A DNA stretch of 64,000 bases. Source: a virus. Positions 18,936-28,053 of this stretch are shown here, one piece after another. Position 1 is the stretch's first letter. Each line of letters opens with the position of its first letter. The position numbers and the translations under genes are program-made. A model generated the notes under the pieces. It was not told where the DNA came from. It saw nothing but the letters and a program-made list of their open reading frames with translations, and made no database searches. The stretch lies in the IMG/VR virus record IMGVR_UViG_3300045988_117710; one strand, written 5' to 3'.

Positions 18936-19730
18936 ATGAAGTATTTATTTCACTTCGCTATGATGAAGGAGTGTCCTACTGAGTTTATTAAGTTACCAGA
19001 AGGTGTACATGATGATTTAAGTGGAGATGATATTGTAGGTTTATTTGATACCATTTATCCTAATATTAAGTTTTGGGTTTCTGGTGTTGGATGCAATAAT
19101 GTCCTTTATCCTGATTATGAAGTGGTTAATTATCTTAAGACTTGTGATTATGTTTATAGTTTTGGTTTATCTGGTTCTATTAATGATAATCTTAAAGTTG
19201 GAGATTTGGTTAATGTTCATAGTGTTAATAATCTAGATGTTAAGATGCCTGGGTATGGATTAGGTTGTACTGATGATTTTGATGCAGATTGTTTAGGTTG
19301 TTCAAAGTCTAATCTTACAGCTTTATCTGATTTTAATACTAGGGTTATCTGTTATACTTCTAATCGATTTGTTACGAAGGAGTATTTAGATTTCTTATTT
19401 GGTGATAATTCTGATGATAATTTAGATGATTTCTATGATGATGCTTTTAATGTAGCATTTGATGAGAATGTGATTACTTCTTTAGCTTTAGGTTTTATTG
19501 ATGAACCAAAGAAAGATTGTATAGTTTGTGAGATGGAACTATTCTATCTTAAGAAGTTTGTTGATATTATTAATAAGTCTTGTCCTGTATGTGCTTATAA
19601 GTTAGTTTCTGATATAGTATGTAAACCTGATAATTATGAAGAGTATGAAGGTTCTTTACAAACTCTATTATCTAGTTTACATTTTGCTGTAGGAGCTGCT
19701 GTTAAGGAGTTAGGTTCAGATGGAGAATAG
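18936..19730 (+). CDS. PNP/UDP-family nucleosidase-like protein (MTA/SAH nucleosidase-like), 264 aa
   Basis: GGGAGGAG RBS before ATG 18936; FGLSGSINDNLKVGDLVNVHSV resembles MTAN TGSAGGL..LKVGDVVI; C-terminal EMELF resembles MTAN EMES; assignment tentative. Confidence 0.45.
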   Translation: MKYLFHFAMMKECPTEFIKLPEGVHDDLSGDDIVGLFDTIYPNIKFWVSGVGCNNVLYPDYEVVNYLKTCDYVYSFGLSGSINDNLKVGDLVNVHSVNNLDVKMPGYGLGCTDDFDADCLGCSKSNLTALSDFNTRVICYTSNRFVTKEYLDFLFGDNSDDNLDDFYDDAFNVAFDENVITSLALGFIDEPKKDCIVCEMELFYLKKFVDIINKSCPVCAYKLVSDIVCKPDNYEEYEGSLQTLLSSLHFAVGAAVKELGSDGE

Positions 19731-19731
19731 T

Positions 19732-20220
19732 ATGAAGGTTCAGTTAGCAGATATTACTTTTGATTCATGTGTAGATGGTCCTGGGTTAAGAACTGTTGTG
19801 TGGTTGTCTGGGTGTTCTCATAGATGTCCAGAGTGTCATAATGAACGTTTACAGGATTTCCATTATGGTTATTCCATGGATGTTAATGAGTTAGTTGATA
19901 CTTTATCTAGTTCGAAGAGGATAACTTTCTCTGGTGGTGATCCATTGTTTCAAGTGAATGCTTTAGATGAGATTATTGGTTCTCTTGATCCAGAGACAGA
20001 CATTTGGATTTATACTGGTTTTACTTTAGATAAAGCCAAGGAGATTCTGATGGATAAGCCAAATCTTAGAGAGTCTGAATTTACTATTAAGTGTGGTAAG
20101 TTTGATAAGAGTCTTAAGGATCCTAGTTGTAAGTTTAGGGGTTCTAGTAATCAAAGGATTTATCATTATATTAATGGTATCTTTACTGATATCTCTGACA
20201 AGATTGATAATAGAAAATAA
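19732..20220 (+). CDS. NrdG-like radical-SAM activating enzyme (anaerobic RNR / glycyl-radical activase family), about 162 aa
   Basis: SCVDGPGLRTVVWLSGCSHRCPECHN matches the NrdG GCxxxCxxCxN signature and size. Confidence 0.65.
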   Translation: MKVQLADITFDSCVDGPGLRTVVWLSGCSHRCPECHNERLQDFHYGYSMDVNELVDTLSSSKRITFSGGDPLFQVNALDEIIGSLDPETDIWIYTGFTLDKAKEILMDKPNLRESEFTIKCGKFDKSLKDPSCKFRGSSNQRIYHYINGIFTDISDKIDNRK

Positions 20221-20221
20221 G

Positions 20222-20247
20222 GGAAAGTTTAGTTGACTTTCCTTTTT
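20222..20247 (+). terminator. rho-independent terminator
   Basis: ggaaagt-ttagttg-actttcc + TTTTTATTT. Confidence 0.6.
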
Positions 20248-20264
20248 ATTTATCGTATTATAAT
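20233..20264 (+). promoter_or_regulatory. promoter TTGACT-17-TATTAT(AAT) (TTTATCGTATTATAAT family)
   Basis: -35 embedded in terminator stem; conserved TCGTAT motif. Confidence 0.55.
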
Positions 20265-20279
20265 ATAGAGGTGAATGGT

Positions 20280-20528
20280 ATGTATTCTCATAATTATAAA
20301 GGTTTACCTTATAAGCAAAGTGTTAAGCGATTTGAGAAGGATTATCGTATTAGATATTGTTTGTATGGTAAGTATTCCAAATGGAGAACTGCTTCTGGGA
20401 AGAAGATTCGAGTTAAGGATTTAGATTATCACCATTTAATTAATATTGTTAATTATTTTGGGAATACAAAGATTCGAAATGATTATCCATTTGTTTGGTA
20501 TAGATATGTGAAAGAGGTGGTATTGTGA
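20280..20528 (+). CDS. hypothetical basic protein (82 aa)
   Basis: AGAGGTGA RBS. Confidence 0.5.
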   Translation: MYSHNYKGLPYKQSVKRFEKDYRIRYCLYGKYSKWRTASGKKIRVKDLDYHHLINIVNYFGNTKIRNDYPFVWYRYVKEVVL

Positions 20529-21565
20529 AGAAGTTCACAGCAACAGTTTTAATGGGTTATCCTGGTTCTGGTAAGACTAGAGCAAGTTCTTATAAGCATT
20601 TAAGAACTAATGATGCTTTATATCTATCTTCTGATGATTTAAGAGTAGAGATGTTTGGTTTCAGAGATCAGGAGCATAATAAGGAGTTATTCGAAGAGTT
20701 ATATAAGAGAGCAATCAATTATTCTGATAAGGGAGATGTTTTAATTGATTCTACAGCTCTTACTAGAAAAGATAGATTGAGGGTTATTGCAAAGCTTGGT
20801 AAGTACTTCAATATGAGATTAGTAGTAGTTGTCAGACCTATTTGGGAGATTGTGGAGGAGAATCAAATCAGAAAGGTTTCTAAACCTGAAGAGTATATTC
20901 CTGAACCAATCTTTAAACAGATTCTTGGTAGATTTCAATTACCTACTTATGATGAGGGTTGGGATGAGATTAGTTTTTGTTTCAATTCTTCTATTGAAGA
21001 ACATAATGATCCTAATCTATTATTAAAATGTTTTTATGATTTAGATAAGGTTGAAGATATTGCACATGATAATCCACATCATCCAGAGTCAATCAAGGAA
21101 CATGTTAATTATGTTTTAGGTAAGGTTAAGGAAGAGACATCAAGTTTTGTATTAGAGTCTATTGCTTATTATCATGATTTAGGTAAATTTTATGTTATTC
21201 AGTATAATGAAGAGAAAGGATATTCTCAATGTATTGGTCATGCAGCTGTTTCAGCTTATATCTATTTGACAGATTTCTTGATTAGGGCTGTTTTAGATTC
21301 TATTGAGAAAGATGACTTTACTAATCCTTTTAGTAATTTAGAGTTTCTTTTAATTTATTATGGAGTGTTCTATCATGATTATCCTTATTCATTTACTGAT
21401 TTTGAAGATATGGTTAGTTCTTTAAGTAAACCTAGTAAACCATTGATTCATTTATTTAAAAATCTTAATGATGGTTTAGTTGGTATTTCTATGAGAGAGT
21501 TTACAAGAATGTTAATAGATTTTAATTGTTATGATAGAATGAGGGAAGGTGATTCAGATGAATGA
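20525..21565 (+). CDS. P-loop polynucleotide-kinase-like domain fused to HD phosphohydrolase domain (346 aa)
   Basis: Walker A MGYPGSGKT; HD motifs HHPESIKEHV ... YYHDLGK; GTG start with GAGGTGG RBS. Confidence 0.65.
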   Translation: MKKFTATVLMGYPGSGKTRASSYKHLRTNDALYLSSDDLRVEMFGFRDQEHNKELFEELYKRAINYSDKGDVLIDSTALTRKDRLRVIAKLGKYFNMRLVVVVRPIWEIVEENQIRKVSKPEEYIPEPIFKQILGRFQLPTYDEGWDEISFCFNSSIEEHNDPNLLLKCFYDLDKVEDIAHDNPHHPESIKEHVNYVLGKVKEETSSFVLESIAYYHDLGKFYVIQYNEEKGYSQCIGHAAVSAYIYLTDFLIRAVLDSIEKDDFTNPFSNLEFLLIYYGVFYHDYPYSFTDFEDMVSSLSKPSKPLIHLFKNLNDGLVGISMREFTRMLIDFNCYDRMREGDSDE

Positions 21566-22358
21566 GAGTATTCTGAAGGCATTAGATATTCTTGAGTCTA
21601 GAGGATATAATGTAGTTTATTTAGGATATTATGGTGCTCATAATTATAATCTTAATGATGAGCAATCTGATTATGATTTTAAAGCCATTGTTATTCCTAC
21701 TCTTAAGCAGTTGATTAAGAGAGATGTTATTTCAACTACTATTGAGTGTGAGTTTGGTAATATTGATGTTAAGGATTTACTTACATTTACAACTAATATG
21801 AATAAGGGAAACTTTAGTTATATTGAGTCTTTACATTCTAATTACTTTTTAGACTTTGGAGAAGCTTTTCTAGGAATTTCTATTAGGGATTTGTTTAAGG
21901 ATGTTAAGGTTAATTGGATGTCTATGGTTGGTGCTATTTATGAGAAGAGAAAAGCTCTTACTCATGAGTATCCTAGTAAAACTGCAGAGTTTGAGAAGTT
22001 TGGTTGCGATCCTAAACAGTTCTTACAAGCAATTCGTTTGTTTGATATTCTTCGTAGAAGAAGTAAGGATGTTGAGAATTATAATAAGTCATTTGAGACT
22101 TATTCAGATGATGGAGTTCAGTTTGAGTTAGTTGAATTTGAATCTGAAGCAAGTAGTAGAAAGTATGAGTTTTCTCATCAGGATTTAATTGCTATGAAGA
22201 GAGGTTTATTAATGCCTCTAGATGAGACTATTAGAATATTTGATTATATTCAAGTTAAGGCAAGAGATTATATTTCTAAAGATTATAAGTTTGAACCTTT
22301 AGATTATACTGATGAGGTTATTGACTTATTAGTGACTTATTTTAAGAACAATTTATAG
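21558..22358 (+). CDS. Pol-beta-superfamily nucleotidyltransferase-like protein (266 aa)
   Basis: GGAAGG RBS; YLGYYGAHNYNLNDEQSDYDFKAIV resembles the hG[GS]x9-13DhD NTase motif; tentative. Confidence 0.45.
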   Translation: MNESILKALDILESRGYNVVYLGYYGAHNYNLNDEQSDYDFKAIVIPTLKQLIKRDVISTTIECEFGNIDVKDLLTFTTNMNKGNFSYIESLHSNYFLDFGEAFLGISIRDLFKDVKVNWMSMVGAIYEKRKALTHEYPSKTAEFEKFGCDPKQFLQAIRLFDILRRRSKDVENYNKSFETYSDDGVQFELVEFESEASSRKYEFSHQDLIAMKRGLLMPLDETIRIFDYIQVKARDYISKDYKFEPLDYTDEVIDLLVTYFKNNL

Positions 22359-22366
22359 GAGGATTT

Positions 22367-22969
22367 ATGTTAAAGATAGGATTTGTTGGTGCACCACAAA
22401 GTGGTAAGTCTAGTTTGATTGAGTATTTGAGAAATTTATTAAAGGATGAGTATCAAGTGGTTATTGCTGATGAGCCACCAACAATTCTTTTGAAGGTAGG
22501 GTTGGATCCTGCATCTGGAGTTATTTCTAGTTTGGATTTTCAGAAGGAGTGTTTATTAGAGTATCATAATGTTTATGAGAGAATTTCGAAGTATTCTAGT
22601 GTTTATTCTAACTCTGATAAACCTACAATTGTTTTAATGGATACTTTACCAGAGATTGGGAAGTGTTATCTTAATGATGAAGAGACTAAGGTGTGGGAAG
22701 AGCATTACAATCTTTTCTGGAGAAATAATGTTGTGTTTGAAACTTTCAAACCAGATATTATATTCAATCTTGAGTTATTACAAGGAGAGTTTTCTACTAA
22801 GGGTAATGCTGTTCGTAGAGACTTAGATGTTGAGTATATTCTTTCTATTGATGAGAAGATTTGCAATACTTATCCTTCTGCTATTAGATTAGCAAATGAT
22901 ATTGGTATCGAAGAAAGAGCCAATGAAGTAGCAGATATTATTGATTCTGCTTTAAGAAATCAAAATTAA
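22367..22969 (+). CDS. P-loop NTPase/kinase (200 aa)
   Basis: TAGGAGG RBS; Walker A GAPQSGKSS; LMDT Walker-B-like. Confidence 0.55.
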   Translation: MLKIGFVGAPQSGKSSLIEYLRNLLKDEYQVVIADEPPTILLKVGLDPASGVISSLDFQKECLLEYHNVYERISKYSSVYSNSDKPTIVLMDTLPEIGKCYLNDEETKVWEEHYNLFWRNNVVFETFKPDIIFNLELLQGEFSTKGNAVRRDLDVEYILSIDEKICNTYPSAIRLANDIGIEERANEVADIIDSALRNQN

Positions 22970-23004
22970 TTCGTATAGTTTAATTAGAAAGGTGGTATGA
23001 GTCC

Positions 23005-24984
23005 ATGTTAGATTATAATAGATTAGATATGGCAACCCTAAGATTGTTTAAGGGGTTATATGTTGATGAACCAAATACTGGTTCTAATATTTCAAGAGAT
23101 GAGGTAGTTAAGTTAGCTCTTAATGGGTTAATCTTTAATACTACTGTTCATTCTGATACAGCTGTTGATATAGCAATTAAACTTTATGGAAATAATCCAT
23201 ATAAGTTATCAAATACTTTTCATAAGGATTGGACTACTGTGGAGAATATTACTCCTGAAGAACATTATTTACAAACTTTTATTAGTTATATAACTACTTA
23301 TGGATATGATTCTTTAGGAATTCCTTATGATGAAAATCATTACATTATTCCTGATGAGATTATTCCTATTCCAGAGAATGTAGTTCCATTTAATTTTACT
23401 GTTATTAGTTCATTGAATTATGTAACATTATTAAATAGAGTTCATGCATTAGTTTCATCTGGTGTAGCTTTATCTCAACAACAAGTTGATGATGTATTGG
23501 TTATTATTAACTATTTACAGTTACCTATTGACTTCTCTATGGTTAAGAATAAAGAAGTTCGTTGTGTTCTTTGGTTAGGTATTACTGGTGATAAACCTTA
23601 TATCAATGTTGATGAATTCTTAAGAGTTTTAGTTTATACTACTCTACATCAAACATTATTAGTTCGTTCTTATAGAGATTATAAGGCAATTAGATTTGCA
23701 ATGAATTATTCTGATGAGACTAGAAGAAAAGTTGCTAAACTATTAGAAACTTATCAAAGACAATTTGGTATTGAGAATTTAGCAGGTTCTTTCTTACGTA
23801 ATAAGATGTTATTCCTAGCTTTCAAATGTGATGAGACTAAGGTTCTTATTAACAAGTTAAGAAGAGTTGCTGATAAGTATCATAGACCAATTAGTAATGC
23901 TAAATTAACTATGGATGATATCCTTCGTGCTGCGGAGAATAAGAATATATTCCAATTAGTTAAGTATTATAACTATTGTTTATCTATAATTAATCCTACT
24001 GAAGATAGAGTTTATGCTATTAGAAATGGTAAGAATTATTTAGCTAGTAATCCTAATTACAATAATTCTTCAGTTGCTAGAGATTTAGTTGTTCCACATT
24101 ATATGGATTTATCTAGAACTATTGTTACTAAGTTAGAAGAGTTACTTTCTAATTTGAAAGATAAGACATTTATTATACCTGAATATGTTGATTATAAAGT
24201 TCCATCATCTCTTAAGAGATTAGCATCTGGTGTTCCAGAAGGAACTATGATTAAGTTTAAGGAAGGAGATCCATTTGTTGTTGGTGTTTACTGGACAAAT
24301 CTTGAAGGTGACGATAATGAGAAGAACAGAGTGGATTTAGATCTTCATGCTAATTCAGTTAATAAGAGTATTGGATGGAATACTTCATTCAGAAATGACG
24401 AAGTTCTTTATTCTGGTGATATAGTAGATGCACCTATTAGTAAGGGTGGTGCTTCTGAAGCATTGATGTTTAGAAAAGTTACTGATCCTTATTTAGTTAC
24501 TTTAAATTCTTATAATCAAGCTGGTGTTATTTCTTATAAGTTTATCTTTGATGTTGAGGATGGGTTCAGAGCTTCTCATTCAACAGGATGGGATAGAAGA
24601 ACTCCAAATGGTTATATCTTTACACCAAATGCTAGAGTTCTTAATGCGAAGATTAAGAAAGATGGTTCTCAAAATACTTTAGGTTTAGTTATGAATGATA
24701 GATTCTATTTTATGAATTCATCATTATTCTCTGGTCATGTTACTGTTAAAAGTGATTTACTTAAGAGAGCTATTAAGTATTATGAAGAATCTCAAGCAAG
24801 AGAGTTAAGATTAAGAAGTTTACTAACATTAGTTGGTGCTAGAGTGTTTGATTCTTTTGAAGATTTAAAAGCTTGGGAAGATTTCCATGAAGTTGTTGTG
24901 GATACTAATACTGTAGTTGATTTATCTTTAGAAGCAATTACTGAAGATACATTTGTTCAGTTATTTACAATAGATGCTGAGTAG
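23005..24984 (+). CDS. hypothetical large protein (659 aa)
   Basis: AAAGGTGG RBS; no recognisable motifs. Confidence 0.6.
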   Translation: MLDYNRLDMATLRLFKGLYVDEPNTGSNISRDEVVKLALNGLIFNTTVHSDTAVDIAIKLYGNNPYKLSNTFHKDWTTVENITPEEHYLQTFISYITTYGYDSLGIPYDENHYIIPDEIIPIPENVVPFNFTVISSLNYVTLLNRVHALVSSGVALSQQQVDDVLVIINYLQLPIDFSMVKNKEVRCVLWLGITGDKPYINVDEFLRVLVYTTLHQTLLVRSYRDYKAIRFAMNYSDETRRKVAKLLETYQRQFGIENLAGSFLRNKMLFLAFKCDETKVLINKLRRVADKYHRPISNAKLTMDDILRAAENKNIFQLVKYYNYCLSIINPTEDRVYAIRNGKNYLASNPNYNNSSVARDLVVPHYMDLSRTIVTKLEELLSNLKDKTFIIPEYVDYKVPSSLKRLASGVPEGTMIKFKEGDPFVVGVYWTNLEGDDNEKNRVDLDLHANSVNKSIGWNTSFRNDEVLYSGDIVDAPISKGGASEALMFRKVTDPYLVTLNSYNQAGVISYKFIFDVEDGFRASHSTGWDRRTPNGYIFTPNARVLNAKIKKDGSQNTLGLVMNDRFYFMNSSLFSGHVTVKSDLLKRAIKYYEESQARELRLRSLLTLVGARVFDSFEDLKAWEDFHEVVVDTNTVVDLSLEAITEDTFVQLFTIDAE

Positions 24985-25000
24985 TTTATAGGAGGTTCAG

Positions 25001-25363
25001 ATGTTTAGATTATTTTATAGAATTCAAGATTACTTTAGTAAGTATGAAAGACATATGAGAAGAGTTCGTAGATTCTACAATAATCCTGCCAAGGAAGAGA
25101 CTTGGAATCTGGACCTTCATATTGTTGAATTCTTAATTCCTCGTTTAGAGTTGTTTATTGAGGATTCAAGTAGGATAGTTGATTGGGATTCAGATGATGA
25201 ACATAGGAAAGTTAAAGATTATATTCCTATGATAGTATCTGATTTCCGATTCTATCTAGATAATTATGATTCTGATGATATTGGGGTTTGGAAGAAATCT
25301 CAAGAAAAGGTTAAAGAAGGGTTTAGTTTACTTTCCGAGATTTATTGTATGCTTGGATGGTAG
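25001..25363 (+). CDS. hypothetical protein (120 aa)
   Basis: TAGGAGG RBS. Confidence 0.55.
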   Translation: MFRLFYRIQDYFSKYERHMRRVRRFYNNPAKEETWNLDLHIVEFLIPRLELFIEDSSRIVDWDSDDEHRKVKDYIPMIVSDFRFYLDNYDSDDIGVWKKSQEKVKEGFSLLSEIYCMLGW

Positions 25364-25412
25364 TTTCTATTTATATATTAAATTAGTATATAGAGTTTAG
25401 AGGAGAAGGTAT

Positions 25413-25604
25413 ATGGCAGTTTTATATCAAGGATCCAATTTTGTGAAGTTTAATGAATTTAAGGATTCTGAAGGGAATATTCTTACTTTTGTTAAGAATA
25501 CAAAGAATGGTAAGTTATTTTCTACTAAGAATGGTTATGTAACTCTTACTGAATCACAAGCAAATAGTTTAGTGTTAAATAAGGGTAGTAAGAAAAGTAA
25601 ATAA
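25413..25604 (+). CDS. hypothetical small Lys-rich protein (63 aa)
   Basis: AGAGGAGAAGG RBS. Confidence 0.5.
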   Translation: MAVLYQGSNFVKFNEFKDSEGNILTFVKNTKNGKLFSTKNGYVTLTESQANSLVLNKGSKKSK

Positions 25605-25629
25605 GCCAAATTGAAATGAGGTGTTTTGA

Positions 25630-26517
25630 ATGGTTTATGTAAATGGAAATGCAACTGTTTCTATTGATGACAATGGGAGAAGAGTTGTTGAGTGGCCAGA
25701 TGGTGAGGATTTAAGATTAGAGTATCCTTTAAGTATTGATTTAAATATTTCTAATAGATGTTCTAATGGCTGTACTTATTGTTATGCTGGTAATACTCCA
25801 ACTGGTAGGGTTGCAGATTTCTTGACAATGAATTACTTGGATGATATGTTAGCTGGTAGTGAGATTGCTATCAATATTCAATATCCTTTACCAGAGAATT
25901 TTGAGTTCTGGTTAGAGAAGATGAAGAAGCAAGGTGTAATTGTTAATGCTACTATTAATCAATTAGATTTTGAAAGAGATGAAGCTATTATTGATCAGGT
26001 AGCTGATTGGCAAGATAGAGGTTTATTACATGGTATAGGTATTTCATATCGAAGTAATAATTACATTTATGATAAGATAGGGAAACTTAAGAATGTTGTT
26101 ATTCATATGATTGTTGGTATTCATACTCTTGAAGAGATTAGAGCAATGTTATTGAATTATAATGTTTTAGTTCTAGGTTATAAGTTCAAAGAGCGTGGAA
26201 TTACTTATAGTCAAATGAATCAGTTTGTTTCTTCTAGTATTGAGATGTTAAAGCTTCGTGCTGACGAACTTCTTAAGAGTGTTGGTCGTGGGGTTTTATG
26301 CTTTGATACTAAGGCGGTTGAACAGCTTGAACTTAAGAATCATTTATCTGAAGAAGATTGGAATACTTATTATCAAGGTGATGAGGGAACAATTTCATTT
26401 TACATAGATGGTGTCAAAGGTACTTTTAATACTGATTCTCATACTAATGATGAACCAATTCCTATTGATGGAATGTGTATTAAAGATATGTTTAGAGTAA
26501 TAAGAGAGAAGGTGTAA
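25630..26517 (+). CDS. radical SAM enzyme (295 aa)
   Basis: NISNRCSNGCTYCYAG = CxxxCxxC [4Fe-4S]/SAM motif; no SPASM-type C-terminal Cys cluster. Confidence 0.7.
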   Translation: MVYVNGNATVSIDDNGRRVVEWPDGEDLRLEYPLSIDLNISNRCSNGCTYCYAGNTPTGRVADFLTMNYLDDMLAGSEIAINIQYPLPENFEFWLEKMKKQGVIVNATINQLDFERDEAIIDQVADWQDRGLLHGIGISYRSNNYIYDKIGKLKNVVIHMIVGIHTLEEIRAMLLNYNVLVLGYKFKERGITYSQMNQFVSSSIEMLKLRADELLKSVGRGVLCFDTKAVEQLELKNHLSEEDWNTYYQGDEGTISFYIDGVKGTFNTDSHTNDEPIPIDGMCIKDMFRVIREKV

Positions 26518-26519
26518 TA

Positions 26520-26996
26520 ATGAAGGTAGTTCGTGAAGGTGTATTTGAAACTAATTCAAGTAGTACTCATAGTTTAGTTTGTGCAAGAAGTATGAGTCCT
26601 GAAGAGTATGTTCCAAATAATTCAACTATTAAAGTTAAGTTTATTGATACTGATGATTTAACTTCTTTACGTACTTTAGCAGAGAAAGTTTCTTATTTAG
26701 TTTCTCATATTGTTAATGGTTATAAGTATAATGCAGCTACTTATGAGAATTTGATAGAAGATGTTAAGAATTCATGGTCTTTTAAGAAATTAAATTACTA
26801 TGTTGAAGAGCATTATAATAAAAGTATAGTATTTCCTGAATCCTATAAGGGAGATTTAGAGGAAATAGTTAATATCAATCATCAATTGATTGAGAGTGAT
26901 TTCGATTCTTTATGTAAAGATATTGTTAGTGAAGATAGAGATTACTTAGGTGAGATTTTATCACCAGATAAAAGTATTGATTTTGGAAGGGATTGA
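26520..26996 (+). CDS. GVFETNSSS-family paralogue A (158 aa)
   Basis: AGAAGGTG RBS; N-terminus MKVVREGVFETNSSSTHSLV shared with next two genes. Confidence 0.65.
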   Translation: MKVVREGVFETNSSSTHSLVCARSMSPEEYVPNNSTIKVKFIDTDDLTSLRTLAEKVSYLVSHIVNGYKYNAATYENLIEDVKNSWSFKKLNYYVEEHYNKSIVFPESYKGDLEEIVNINHQLIESDFDSLCKDIVSEDRDYLGEILSPDKSIDFGRD

Positions 26997-27001
26997 TTTA
27001 T

Positions 27002-27610
27002 TTGAAAATTATTCGTGATGGTGTGTTTGAAACTAATTCAAGTAGTTCACATAGTTTAGTCATTAAGAAGAGAACTAAACCTAGGGTTAATGATATTCCT
27101 AGAGGTGTGGAATCATTTCTAGTTAATGAGTATGGTGTTTGTTGTTGCTCTGATGAGTCTGTTGATATTAATCGTCATTATACTCAAGTAGCGAAGTTAT
27201 CTTTTCTACTTAATATGTTAGCAACTGTTTGTAACTATTGTCAAGATTGGGATTTAATGTTTAAAGATTATTCTTATGATGACTATAGATCAGCAATCAA
27301 TAAATACGAGTATATGACTCAGTTCTGGGAAGAGATGATTAATTCACCATATTTTACAATTCTTCAAGATGTTGTATTTGAAGAAACAGGAACTCATATT
27401 GAGTTTGCTCGTCCTGATTCAGATGATATTCCATTCTATGATTGTGTTTATACTGATGATGGTGATGTGGATGAGTTATTAGGTTTTGATATCAAGAACT
27501 TTGATGCTGAATCTTATAAGAAGAGACTTAAAGAAATTCTATTTGATGAGGATATGGTAATTATTGATGCAAGTATTCCTTATGGAATAGAAGGTGATTG
27601 GGATGTCTAA
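27002..27610 (+). CDS. GVFETNSSS-family paralogue B (about 202 aa)
   Basis: GGAAGGGA RBS, TTG start; MKIIRDGVFETNSSSSHSLV; divergent Cys-rich C-terminus. Confidence 0.6.
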   Translation: MKIIRDGVFETNSSSSHSLVIKKRTKPRVNDIPRGVESFLVNEYGVCCCSDESVDINRHYTQVAKLSFLLNMLATVCNYCQDWDLMFKDYSYDDYRSAINKYEYMTQFWEEMINSPYFTILQDVVFEETGTHIEFARPDSDDIPFYDCVYTDDGDVDELLGFDIKNFDAESYKKRLKEILFDEDMVIIDASIPYGIEGDWDV

Positions 27611-28046
27611 TAAGAAGATTCGTGAAGGTGTATTTGAAACTAATTCGAGTTCTAGTAATTCTTTATCAATTGAGTCTTGGAGAGATGATTTAGTGGTTCC
27701 AGAAAGATTATCTTATGTTGAGCTTGAGATGGGAAGAACTTTTGAACACAAGGGTTATGATGAAAGATTTACTGTTTTGTTAAGTCTTTGTGATTCTGCT
27801 GATGATGTGTTTAAGCTTTGTTACAAGTGTTATAAGTTTGGTGTTAAGGAGATAGTTTTACCTAATCCTGATAACTATACTTGTTATGGCAATTCTGATT
27901 ATATTCATGTTTCTGCAGGTGAGATAGATGATTCTGAATATGAACTTCGTGAATGTTTGAAAGATGATGAACTTCTTAAGGGTTGGTTGTTTAATCCAGA
28001 TTCTGAAGTATCTGGTCAAGATGATAATTATTTATGTGATTGGTAG
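27603..28046 (+). CDS. GVFETNSSS-family paralogue C (about 147 aa)
   Basis: GAAGGTGA RBS; MSNKKIREGVFETNSSSSNSLS. Confidence 0.6.
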   Translation: MSNKKIREGVFETNSSSSNSLSIESWRDDLVVPERLSYVELEMGRTFEHKGYDERFTVLLSLCDSADDVFKLCYKCYKFGVKEIVLPNPDNYTCYGNSDYIHVSAGEIDDSEYELRECLKDDELLKGWLFNPDSEVSGQDDNYLCDW

Positions 28047-28053
28047 TGATTAT

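Noticed and set aside
19045-19236. Internal alternative-frame + strand ORFs (10053-10262, 19045-19236, 20829-21026, 21901-22131, 30477-30731, 30819-31043, 50187-50399, 50643-50852, 58863-59051)
   Set aside because: They are embedded in other frames of well-supported genes, have no RBS, and translate to hydrophobic low-complexity peptides.
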